Below are positions 43,835-53,747 of a stretch of 64,000 nucleotides of DNA, piece after piece. The position numbers and the translations under genes are program-made. The stretch is taken from contig JAZKBR010000002.1 of the NCBI GenBank assembly GCA_040388535.1, positions 774,838 to 838,837 on the forward strand, in the 5' to 3' direction. Numbering within the stretch: the stretch's first letter is position 1; every line of letters starts with the position of its first letter. This DNA comes from Gemmatimonadota bacterium. Lineage in GTDB: Bacteria; Gemmatimonadota; Gemmatimonadetes; Gemmatimonadales; GWC2-71-9. The notes under the pieces are model-generated. The model did no database searches and was not told where the DNA came from. It saw only the letters and a program-made list of their open reading frames with translations.

Positions 43835-46600
43835 ATGCCCAAGACCCCCGCCGCCCTTGTTGCCGCACTACTCCTGCTCACCAGCTGTTCGCCTTCGTCC
43901 GCTCCCGCGAACCACCCTGTTCCCGTCGCGCGAGATCAAGCCCTGGTGCTGATCTCGCTCGACGGCTTTCGCGCGGATTACCTCGACCGACCGGTCGCGA
44001 GGAATCTCCAGGCACTGGCGCGCGGAGGCGTGCGCGCGGAGTGGATGACGCCGTCGTTCCCGAGCAAGACCTTCCCGAATCACTACTCCATCGTCACCGG
44101 CCTCTATCCGGAGCACCACGGCATCGTTGCGAACAACATCCGCGATCCGTTGCTTGGCTCATTCACCATGGCCGATTCGATGGCCGTGCGCGACGGTCGC
44201 TGGTGGGGTGGCGAGCCGATCTGGGTCACGGCCGAGAAGCAGGGGAAGCGTGCGGCCAATTTCTTCTGGCCCGGTTCCGAAGCCGAGATTGGTGGCGTTC
44301 GCGCGACGATCTACAAGCGCTTCGAGGACACCTTTCCGAATGCGGCCCGTGTCGATTCGGTGCTGACCTGGCTGTCGCGGCCCAAGGGGCAGGCGCCATC
44401 GCTGGTGACGCTCTACTTCAGTGATGTCGACCACGCCGGGCACACCTTCGGCCCCGGCGCACCGGAGACTGACGCCGCGATCGCCCGGGTGGACTCGATG
44501 ATCGGCCGCCTGATGACCGGTCTCGCGGCGCGTGGCCAGCTCGACCGCGTCAACGTGATCGTGGTGGCGGACCACGGCATGCAGTCGACGCCGAAGAACC
44601 AGCTCATCGCGCTCGACGACTACATCTCGCTCGATGACGTCGACGTGATCGACTGGACTCCGGTGGGCGCGATTGCGCCGAAGCCCGGCAAGCTTGAAGC
44701 AGTGTACGCGAAGCTGAAGGGAGCGAACCCGCACCTGCAGGTCTACCGCAAGGGAGAAGTCCCGGCACGATTCCACTTCAATGACAACCCGCGAATCACG
44801 CCGCTGGTGCTGATTGCCGATGAGGGGTGGAGTATCACGCGTCGCGGAAAGGTCGACGCCTGGTCGGCCGCGAGTGCGTCGCACGGCTGGGACAACACCC
44901 TCCCGTCAATGCGAGCCCTCTTCGTGGCAGCCGGGCCGGCCTTCCGGCGCGGCTATGTGGCCCACTCCTTCCAGAACATCCACGTCTACGCCCTGATGTG
45001 CGCCATCCTCGGCCTGAAGCCAGCCGCAAACGACGGCTCGCTCGACTCGACCCGCGCGATGTTGCGCTCGGAGACGGGCGACGCGGCCGAGGCGAGCGCC
45101 GCGCGGATGATGCATCAGATCGAGATCCTCGCCTCGGATTCGTTCGAGGGTCGCGGCCCCGGCACTCGCGGCGACACGCTCACCGTGCGCCACATCAGTG
45201 AGGAGTTTCGCAAACTCGGCCTCCGGCCGATGGGGGCGAACGGCTCGTTTCTGCAGCCGGTAGAGATGGTGCGGATCAAGGGGGGCGGCACCTTCGCGCT
45301 GCAACGTGACGGGGTGATGCTGGACTCGGGAAACCAGGTGGTGCTGGCTCCAGGCGTTGACAGCGCTCGCAGTGTCAGCGGGGAGATGGTTTTCGTCGGT
45401 TACGGCATCGCGACGCTGGATCATCGCTGGGACGATTACAAGAATGTTGACGTGCGCGGCAAGATCGTCGTCCAGCTCGCAGGCCTGCCGAGTGGTCCGG
45501 AGTGGGATGCGTTGTCGGTCAACATCCCGACGAGCCTGAAGGCGGAAGCGGCGATGGATCGCGGCGCGGCAGGAATCGTCGTGGTGACTTCGGACCTCGC
45601 GGTACGCGCCAATCAGTCGGCCCGCCCGGTTACCGGACTCGCGCGTGATGCAGCTGCGCCGCCGGTGGCGACAACCCTGCTGGTGGGCCCCGAAGCGGGA
45701 GCACGCCTGCTCTCGCCGGCTGGCGCCCTTGAGGCGCTCCGTGCGACGGCTCGAAGCAAGTCGTTCTCTCCGGTCGCCGTTCCGGGTCGTCTCTCGATTC
45801 ACTACGCGCCAACTGTAATGCGCTTCACCACGCACAACGTTGTGGCGCTGGTGGCGGGCACCGACCCGGCCGCCCGAGACGAGTACGTCATCGTCTCGGC
45901 GCATCACGATCATCTCGGCCGTGACACCACGCTCAAGGGTGATCAGATCTTCAACGGTGCGCTCGACAATGCCGGCGGCATTGCGCAGTTGCTCGAGATG
46001 GCGCGTGCGGCGGCCGCCAGCCCGGCTCGGCGCTCGGTGCTCTTCGTGGCAACGGCCGTCGAAGAACTCGGGCTCCTCGGTGCCGAATGGTATGTGCGCC
46101 ATCCGGCGGTGCCGCTGGCGAAGACGGCCGGCGTCATTAACCTCGATTTCATGACGCCCTGGGGACGGACTCGCGATGTGATCTCGATCGGCGACGGGAT
46201 GAGTACGCTCGATACCCTGGTCCGCAACGCGGCGGCGGCGCAGGGGCGGGTGATGACGCGCGACCCGTATCCGGAACAGAATTTCTATGTGCGCTCCGAT
46301 CATTATGCCTTCGCGAAGGCCGGCATCCCCGGGCTCTTCGTGGGTTCGGGGATGGACTATGTCGGCAGGCCCGCAGGGTGGGGAAAGCAGCGCAGCGACG
46401 CCTACCTCGCGCGCGAGTATCACCGCGTGAACGATGATGTGCGCGCCGACTGGGACCTCAGTGGCGCGGTGGAAGATGCCGCGATGCTCTCCGACGTGGT
46501 GCGTCGGCTCGCCAATGACAGCGCCTGGCCCAGCTGGACATCACGCCCCGCCACCGCCAACTATCAGCGTGCCCTGAAGCGCCTCCGCGGTACTCTGTAG
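43835..46600 (+). CDS. Fusion protein: ectonucleotide pyrophosphatase/phosphodiesterase (NPP, alkaline-phosphatase superfamily) + PA-domain M28 peptidase
   Basis: 921 aa, single frame. Lipobox LLLLTSCS. NPP part: LISLDGFRADYL, FPSKTFPNHYSIVTGLYPEHHGI, DHAGHTFGP, ADHGM, HGWDN. After ~aa 410, M28 part: ILASDSFEGRGPGTRG, VIVSAHHDHLG, NGALDNAGGIAQLLEMA, VLFVATAVEELGLLGAEWY. Confidence 0.85.
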   Translation: MPKTPAALVAALLLLTSCSPSSAPANHPVPVARDQALVLISLDGFRADYLDRPVARNLQALARGGVRAEWMTPSFPSKTFPNHYSIVTGLYPEHHGIVANNIRDPLLGSFTMADSMAVRDGRWWGGEPIWVTAEKQGKRAANFFWPGSEAEIGGVRATIYKRFEDTFPNAARVDSVLTWLSRPKGQAPSLVTLYFSDVDHAGHTFGPGAPETDAAIARVDSMIGRLMTGLAARGQLDRVNVIVVADHGMQSTPKNQLIALDDYISLDDVDVIDWTPVGAIAPKPGKLEAVYAKLKGANPHLQVYRKGEVPARFHFNDNPRITPLVLIADEGWSITRRGKVDAWSAASASHGWDNTLPSMRALFVAAGPAFRRGYVAHSFQNIHVYALMCAILGLKPAANDGSLDSTRAMLRSETGDAAEASAARMMHQIEILASDSFEGRGPGTRGDTLTVRHISEEFRKLGLRPMGANGSFLQPVEMVRIKGGGTFALQRDGVMLDSGNQVVLAPGVDSARSVSGEMVFVGYGIATLDHRWDDYKNVDVRGKIVVQLAGLPSGPEWDALSVNIPTSLKAEAAMDRGAAGIVVVTSDLAVRANQSARPVTGLARDAAAPPVATTLLVGPEAGARLLSPAGALEALRATARSKSFSPVAVPGRLSIHYAPTVMRFTTHNVVALVAGTDPAARDEYVIVSAHHDHLGRDTTLKGDQIFNGALDNAGGIAQLLEMARAAAASPARRSVLFVATAVEELGLLGAEWYVRHPAVPLAKTAGVINLDFMTPWGRTRDVISIGDGMSTLDTLVRNAAAAQGRVMTRDPYPEQNFYVRSDHYAFAKAGIPGLFVGSGMDYVGRPAGWGKQRSDAYLAREYHRVNDDVRADWDLSGAVEDAAMLSDVVRRLANDSAWPSWTSRPATANYQRALKRLRGTL

Positions 46601-46624
46601 CTCTCCTCTCCCCCGAGGCAGCAC

Positions 46625-47737
46625 ATGCGTCATCTGTGGCTCCCACTGGTAGTCATCGCGGTTCCGGTTGCAGCGCAAACCCCGGCGAAATGGCGGCTGG
46701 TGCCGGAAGTGACGTACGGTGCTGCCGATGAGTCGGCTGGGGAGCTCTCGGATGTGCGGGGGATCGAGGTCGCCAAGAACGGCAATGTGCTGGTGCTCGA
46801 CTACAAGGCGCAGGCGGTGAAGCTGTTTGCACCCGATGGCAAGTTCATCAGGAACATTGGCCGGGGCGGCGGCGGACCAGCGGAGTACGAGACCCCTAAT
46901 GGTTTTACGCGCGCCCCCGACGGTACCATCTGGATCAACGACCCGGGAAACAACCGCGTGACTATTCTTCGCGAAGATGGCACGCTGGTCAAGACAATGC
47001 CGCGCGACGTCCATACCTACGGTTTCATCTGGGATGGCAAGTTCGATCGTCAGGGTCGGCTGATGCAGGGCGTCTCCGCCCCCCCGCCGCGAGGTTATCG
47101 CCTTCAGCGAACGAACTACCTGACGGGGCAGGCCGACAGCCTGGTCCCTCGCGGATGTGTGCCGCCCGAGGTGGTCGCAGACACGAGGCCTTCCTCGTAC
47201 AGCTTCCGCAGCAAAACTGGCGGAGGGACCACCATGGGGATCCCGTTCACGCCGGACATGATGAAGGTGGTCCATCCGGCAGGATACATCTGGTGCGCCT
47301 ACGGATCGACCTACACGGTATACCGGATTGGACTGGAGAAGGGCGATACCCTTGGAGTCATTCGCGGAGAGGCGCCGGCGCTTCCGATCCCAGCCAGTGT
47401 ACGCGATGCGGCCATCGCCAACATCAAGGAGATCGCCTCGAAGTACGGCGAGCCGAATTACTCGCCGGCCGGGATACCCACCAGCTATCCGCGCCTCCAC
47501 GAACTGCAGATCGACGATCGCGACAGGATCTGGGTTGGCCTCACTCCCGTTGGCACACCGGAAGCGCGATACGATGTCTACAGCGCCGATGGAAAGCTGG
47601 TGGCGAAGGCTTCGATTCCCTCGAGGCTCAAGGGGTATCTCTCCTTTGTGTTCCGTGGCGACAAGCTCTATGCGCTCGCCCAGGATGCCGATGATGTGCC
47701 ATTGGTCATGCGCTTTCGCATCGAGGTCGTGAAATGA
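46625..47737 (+). CDS. Secreted 6-bladed beta-propeller (NHL/TolB-like) protein, paralog 1
   Basis: 370 aa. Signal MRHLWLPLVVIAVPVAAQ. Motif FIRNIGRGGGGPAEYETP (G.GPGE-type). Repeated D/N-G blade segments. Confidence 0.7.
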   Translation: MRHLWLPLVVIAVPVAAQTPAKWRLVPEVTYGAADESAGELSDVRGIEVAKNGNVLVLDYKAQAVKLFAPDGKFIRNIGRGGGGPAEYETPNGFTRAPDGTIWINDPGNNRVTILREDGTLVKTMPRDVHTYGFIWDGKFDRQGRLMQGVSAPPPRGYRLQRTNYLTGQADSLVPRGCVPPEVVADTRPSSYSFRSKTGGGTTMGIPFTPDMMKVVHPAGYIWCAYGSTYTVYRIGLEKGDTLGVIRGEAPALPIPASVRDAAIANIKEIASKYGEPNYSPAGIPTSYPRLHELQIDDRDRIWVGLTPVGTPEARYDVYSADGKLVAKASIPSRLKGYLSFVFRGDKLYALAQDADDVPLVMRFRIEVVK

Positions 47738-49083
47738 CACCACTCTCCCGCCGCACCTTCGTCGCCACGGCCGGCCTCGCCGTGCCGGCGCTGCAGCGCA
47801 TTCGCCCCGCGATCGCGGTTGCCGGTAGCGACGACCGGATGGCCTGGTGGCGCGAGGCACGCTTCGGGCTCTTTCTGCACTGGGGCCTCTATTCGATTCT
47901 CGCCGGAAAGTGGAAGGACGACGGGCGGTGGGCCGAATGGATCCGCAACAATGCCCAGATTCCGGTCAAGGAATACGACGAACTCCTGAAGCAGTGGAAC
48001 CCCACCGCGTTCGATCCCGACGAATGGGCCTCGCTCGCCAAGCGCGCGGGAATGAAATACGCCGTGCTCACCACCAAGCATCACGACGGCTTCTGCCTCT
48101 GGGACTCCCCGCTCGGCGATTTCGATGTGATGGCGACGCCGAGCCAGCGGGATATCTGTCGCGATCTGGCGAAGGCGCTCCGCAAGCGAGACATCCGGGT
48201 GGGATGGTATCACTCGATCATGGACTGGCATCACCACGATTACCTGCCGCGCCGCGACTGGGAACTCGCCACGCGGCCGGTGGGTGATGCGCGTTTTGAC
48301 CGCTACGTGACCTACCTGCACACCCAGGTCGACGAACTGCTCAGCAACTATGGCCCGATCGACATCCTCTGGTTCGATGGCCAGTGGGAAGCGACCTGGA
48401 CTCACAAGCTCGCCCTCGCGCTCGAGGCGCAGATCCGCGAGAAGGCGCCGAAGCTCCTGATCAACAACCGGATTGACGGCAGCGGCGCGCCGAAGGGGAG
48501 TGAACTCGGCGACTTCGGCACCCCGGAGCAAAAGATTCCGGCGACCGGCATCCCTGGCGAAGACTGGGAATCGTGCATCACGATGAACGACAACTGGGGC
48601 TACAAGGCGAGCGACCAGAACTGGAAGACGCCGCGCAAGCTCGTCGAGATCCTGGTGGAGACCGCGTCGAAGGGCGGCAATCTGCTGCTGAATGTTGGCC
48701 CGATGGGTGATGGCCGTTTTCCACCGGAGGCCGTCACCCGGATGGAGGCGATCGGCGCCTGGATGCGAGTCCACGGCAAGGCGATCTACGGCACCACGGC
48801 GTCACGCTTCGCCGACCCGAAGGGATTTCTCTCGACCACCGCCGGCGAGCGGCAGCTGCACCTCTTCGTGCTCGACTGGAAGCCGGGGCCGCTGGCGTTG
48901 CCGGGGTTGCAGAGCCGTCCGGAGAAGGCGCTCCTTCTCGGCGCGAAGGACATTCCCTTGCCGGTAGCGGTCGCCAACGGAGTGATGTCGGTGATGCTCC
49001 CCGAGGTCGCGCCCGATTCGCTGCTGCCGGTGATCACGCTTCGGTTCGAGGAGCCGATCCGGTTCGAGGCGGCGGCGAAGTAA
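47734..49083 (+). CDS. Alpha-L-fucosidase (GH29), Tat-exported
   Basis: 449 aa. Tat signal SRRTFVATAGLAVPAL; RFGLFLHWGLYS, AGMKYAVLTTKHHDGFCLWDS, WFDGQWE, NVGP. ATG overlaps the upstream stop. Confidence 0.9.
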   Translation: MTPLSRRTFVATAGLAVPALQRIRPAIAVAGSDDRMAWWREARFGLFLHWGLYSILAGKWKDDGRWAEWIRNNAQIPVKEYDELLKQWNPTAFDPDEWASLAKRAGMKYAVLTTKHHDGFCLWDSPLGDFDVMATPSQRDICRDLAKALRKRDIRVGWYHSIMDWHHHDYLPRRDWELATRPVGDARFDRYVTYLHTQVDELLSNYGPIDILWFDGQWEATWTHKLALALEAQIREKAPKLLINNRIDGSGAPKGSELGDFGTPEQKIPATGIPGEDWESCITMNDNWGYKASDQNWKTPRKLVEILVETASKGGNLLLNVGPMGDGRFPPEAVTRMEAIGAWMRVHGKAIYGTTASRFADPKGFLSTTAGERQLHLFVLDWKPGPLALPGLQSRPEKALLLGAKDIPLPVAVANGVMSVMLPEVAPDSLLPVITLRFEEPIRFEAAAK

Positions 49084-49137
49084 GCTTTGCTCCGCGCGGC
49101 GCGTTCTGTGGGGTCCCCCGCTCAGTCGAGGTCATTG

Positions 49138-50211
49138 ATGAAGGGTCGCACCCTGATTGCCGTGCTGATCGTGGCTGCCGTTCCCATGTCAGTGCATGGG
49201 CAGGCCCCTCCTCGTTGGCCAGTGATGGCCACGCCGGTGACCAGTATTGGTGACGCCAGCGATGACGAGCGGCAAGAGCTCCTTCGCGTAGGTGGCGCGA
49301 GACGCCTTTCCGATGGTCGAGTGCTGGTTTCCAATGGCAAACCGCACGAACTGCGGGTCTACAACGCTCAGGGGAAGTTTCTCTCCCGGATCGGACGGAG
49401 CGGCGGTGGACCGGGTGAGTTCCAGGGGCGCATCGACATCCTCTCGGTGCGGGGCGACACGGTGGTGCTCTTCGATCAGGGCAGCATGCGCTGGTCCGAA
49501 TTTCTGGTCAGTGGCAAGCTGCTGCAGGAATCGAAGGCCGGGCCGGGCACGGCGCCGGCACAGGTCGCCCTCTATCGCCGGACGCTGGTTCGCGACCTGC
49601 CGAATGCCCTCAATCACTGCGCGGTCGAGCTGCTCGATGCGCTTGTGGCCGTGCCGCCGCCAGCATTGCGAGAAGCCTTGCCCGATGGCGCAGGTCGATT
49701 CTGGGTGCGGCTCGATACCTCGCCGGTCTGGTCCGTCTACTCGCCCGCCGGGCGGCCGGTGGCATCCGTTCAGCTTCCTGCGGGCCTGGAACTCTTTCAG
49801 GTCACCGACGGCTTTGTCGTTGGCCGCCTCAAGGACCGCGACGATGTCGAGCGCGTTGTGGTCCTTCGGGTGAACTCGCCCCGCGCCGTTGGCAGCAGGG
49901 CGCGGTGCGAGGGAGTGAAGGACACGCTCCCCGCTGCCACCGGGCCCCGACTCGCCGAGCTCAAGGGCGTGATGCGAAGCGCGATGACGGCTGCTGAGAT
50001 GGCCTACTCCGACGTCGGCCACTACGTCTCGACTGCCGATTCGCTGCAGCTGAAGCTTCCAGCCGATGTCAGATTCAGGATTCTCCGGTCGACCGCGGCG
50101 GGGTGGGCGGCCGTCGTTTTCGACCTTCGCTCGACGCTGGCATGCACCTTTGGTATTGGTGACGCGGCCCCGCTGGGCTGGCCGGAAGGGATGCTGCGCT
50201 GCGGCCCCTGA
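49138..50211 (+). CDS. Secreted 6-bladed beta-propeller protein, paralog 2
   Basis: ORF 49087..50211 trimmed to ATG 49138 (MKGRTLIAVLIVAAVPMSVHGQ). FLSRIGRSGGGPGEFQG motif. Confidence 0.7.
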   Translation: MKGRTLIAVLIVAAVPMSVHGQAPPRWPVMATPVTSIGDASDDERQELLRVGGARRLSDGRVLVSNGKPHELRVYNAQGKFLSRIGRSGGGPGEFQGRIDILSVRGDTVVLFDQGSMRWSEFLVSGKLLQESKAGPGTAPAQVALYRRTLVRDLPNALNHCAVELLDALVAVPPPALREALPDGAGRFWVRLDTSPVWSVYSPAGRPVASVQLPAGLELFQVTDGFVVGRLKDRDDVERVVVLRVNSPRAVGSRARCEGVKDTLPAATGPRLAELKGVMRSAMTAAEMAYSDVGHYVSTADSLQLKLPADVRFRILRSTAAGWAAVVFDLRSTLACTFGIGDAAPLGWPEGMLRCGP

Positions 50212-50313
50212 CCCCGCGCGTCACGGAACCGGCAATCTGACCGGTGGGGTGTGCAAAGAACGGGCGCTCGCCCGTCCCGTCAGCCACACTCACCCCAGGT
50301 TGCGGAGTACCCG

Positions 50314-50889
50314 ATGGCTACCAATCGCAAGAAAGTTCCTGCCGGCAAGAAGGCCCCGGCCCGGCGTACCGCGTCCGCCGAAGCGGCGACGCCACTGCTC
50401 TATCCCACCAAGAACGACCTGCCGTCGGCCACGCGCTCGGAGGTCGTCGCCCTCCTCAACCAGCGTCTCGCCGAATGCATCGAGTTGCAGACGCAATGCA
50501 AGCAGGCCCACTGGAATGTGAAGGGGCGCGACTTCATCGCCCTGCACAAGCTCTTCGATGAGATCAACGAGTCAGTTGAGGAATACATCGACGAAATCGC
50601 CGAACGGATCGTGCAGCTCGGCGGGATCGCCGAAGGCACGGTGCGGATCGTGGCCGCGCGTTCGGACCTGATTGATTACCCGTTGGTACTCACCTCCGGG
50701 GACGAGCACGCCGCGGCGCTTTCCGATTCGCTTTCGTCGTTCGCTCGCTCGACGCGCATGGGGATCGAGGAGATGGACGACCTCCACGACGCCGTGAGCC
50801 AGGACATGCTCACCGAGATTACCCGCGGGACCGACCAATGGCTCTGGTTCGTGGAATCACACCTCGTGGACCGCGGCCCCAAGGGGTGA
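50314..50889 (+). CDS. dps: Dps (DNA-binding ferritin-like protein) with Lys/Ala-rich N-terminal tail
   Basis: ORF 50251..50889 trimmed to ATG 50314 (MATNRKKVPAGKKAPARR). Ferroxidase-site context QAHWNVKGRDFIALHKLFDE ... DEIAERI. Confidence 0.9.
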   Translation: MATNRKKVPAGKKAPARRTASAEAATPLLYPTKNDLPSATRSEVVALLNQRLAECIELQTQCKQAHWNVKGRDFIALHKLFDEINESVEEYIDEIAERIVQLGGIAEGTVRIVAARSDLIDYPLVLTSGDEHAAALSDSLSSFARSTRMGIEEMDDLHDAVSQDMLTEITRGTDQWLWFVESHLVDRGPKG

Positions 50890-50928
50890 TACCTTAGGGA
50901 GTCTGCCGCCTCGACCCGGGAGTGTGCC

Positions 50929-51306
50929 ATGCGTGTCGCCGCGCTTCTCCTCGCTGCTCTTGTCGCACCGCTCCCACTGCTCGCGCAGTATCCGGAGCCA
51001 GGGACCTATTCGGCGGGCGCTACGCCCGCCGGATCGTCCCAGATCATTCCGCTCAAACTCATCGTGGAAAAGCGGGGCGACTCGACCCTGGTGCATATGT
51101 CGCAGCCCGGCGACAAGGGCGACAACCAGCTGCCAATGGTCGATCAGCGTGCCTACAAGTCCGGGTTCGAGATCGTCCTCGGCGTCGTCGATGGCGGGCT
51201 CGCCTGCCGGTTTGCTCCCCCCAACAAGGACGGACGATGGGAGGCGAACTGCGAGGACCCGGACCATACCGCGCTCTACCAGTTCTTTTTCAAGAAGGGC
51301 TCCTGA
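50929..51306 (+). CDS. Small secreted hypothetical protein
   Basis: 125 aa. Signal MRVAALLLAALVAPLPLLAQ. No motif recognised. Confidence 0.45.
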   Translation: MRVAALLLAALVAPLPLLAQYPEPGTYSAGATPAGSSQIIPLKLIVEKRGDSTLVHMSQPGDKGDNQLPMVDQRAYKSGFEIVLGVVDGGLACRFAPPNKDGRWEANCEDPDHTALYQFFFKKGS

Positions 51307-51906
51307 GTGGGCGCGCCGGCGCGGCACCGGATTCGATTCGGTGATGGCGATGTGCTGCAATTCCGGATCGAACTCGATGGCATCCTGCCCGTCGTCTGGC
51401 GACGGGTGGCTGTCTCGGGTCGCGCTTCGCTGCAGGAGCTGCACGGGGTAATCCAGCGGGCGATGGGGCGCGCGGCCGACGGCGCCTATGCCTTCGACGT
51501 CGACGGCGTCCGGTATCACGATCCGATGGACGATCCGCAGCCCGGACACGAAGCCGACGAGATCTCGCTCGAAATGCTCGAGCTGCACCCTGGCGCGGTC
51601 GCCTTTCACATCGCCGAACATCACGGCGAACCGTGGCACGACCGGATCATTCTCGAACTGGTCTCCCCGCGGATGGTCGGGCAGCGCCTGCCGACCTGCC
51701 TCGCCGGCGGACGTGCCGCTCCACCAGATGATTGCGATGGCGCCACCGAGTATCGCGAGATGCTCGCCTCGCTCGCCGAGCCGCTCGACCCGAGATCGGC
51801 CGAGCTGCGCTCCTGGCTGCCCGAGGAATTCGATCCGGAGTACGTCGACCTGATTGCCATCAACGCGTCGCTCGCGAGGACGCCGAAACACCGCCCTGCT
51901 GCGTGA
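51307..51906 (+). CDS. pRiA4b ORF-3-like (PRiA4_ORF3 family) protein
   Basis: 199 aa. GTG start directly after the upstream stop. LQFRIELDGILPVVWRRVAVSGRASLQELHGVIQRAMG matches the family's N-terminal signature (..PPIWRR..VP....L.DLH..IQ.AMGW). Confidence 0.6.
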   Translation: MGAPARHRIRFGDGDVLQFRIELDGILPVVWRRVAVSGRASLQELHGVIQRAMGRAADGAYAFDVDGVRYHDPMDDPQPGHEADEISLEMLELHPGAVAFHIAEHHGEPWHDRIILELVSPRMVGQRLPTCLAGGRAAPPDDCDGATEYREMLASLAEPLDPRSAELRSWLPEEFDPEYVDLIAINASLARTPKHRPAA

Positions 51907-51911
51907 AGCGC

Positions 51912-52058
51912 AGAGACTTGAGATGAGAGACTAGCGACTAGAGACTAGAGACTAGAGACTAGAGACTAGAGACTAGAGGGTGTGTTGCCGGTATATTTTT
52001 CCACTTGGCTGCGACACCACTGTTCTCTAGTCTCTAGTCTCTCATCTCTAGTCTCTCT
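51912..52058. repeat. Inverted heptamer arrays: (TAGAGAC)~9 - 45-nt spacer - (TCTCTAG)5, asymmetric arms
   Basis: 51912-51978 agagacttgagatgagagac tagcgac (tagagac)x5 tagag. 52024-52058 tctctag tctctag tctctca tctctag tctctct. The variant unit gagatga is mirrored in both arms. Ends 11 nt before the amidohydrolase ATG (52070). Confidence 0.9.
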
Positions 52059-52069
52059 GCAGGTACCCC

Positions 52070-53734
<1,665 letters not shown>

Positions 53735-53747
53735 GCGCGTCGCGCGC

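Noticed and set aside
50929-52060. Prophage or genomic-island remnant
   Set aside because: Only one weakly mobile-associated gene (PRiA4_ORF3-like) is present. There is no integrase, tRNA attachment site, phage structural gene or clear compositional shift that I can see.
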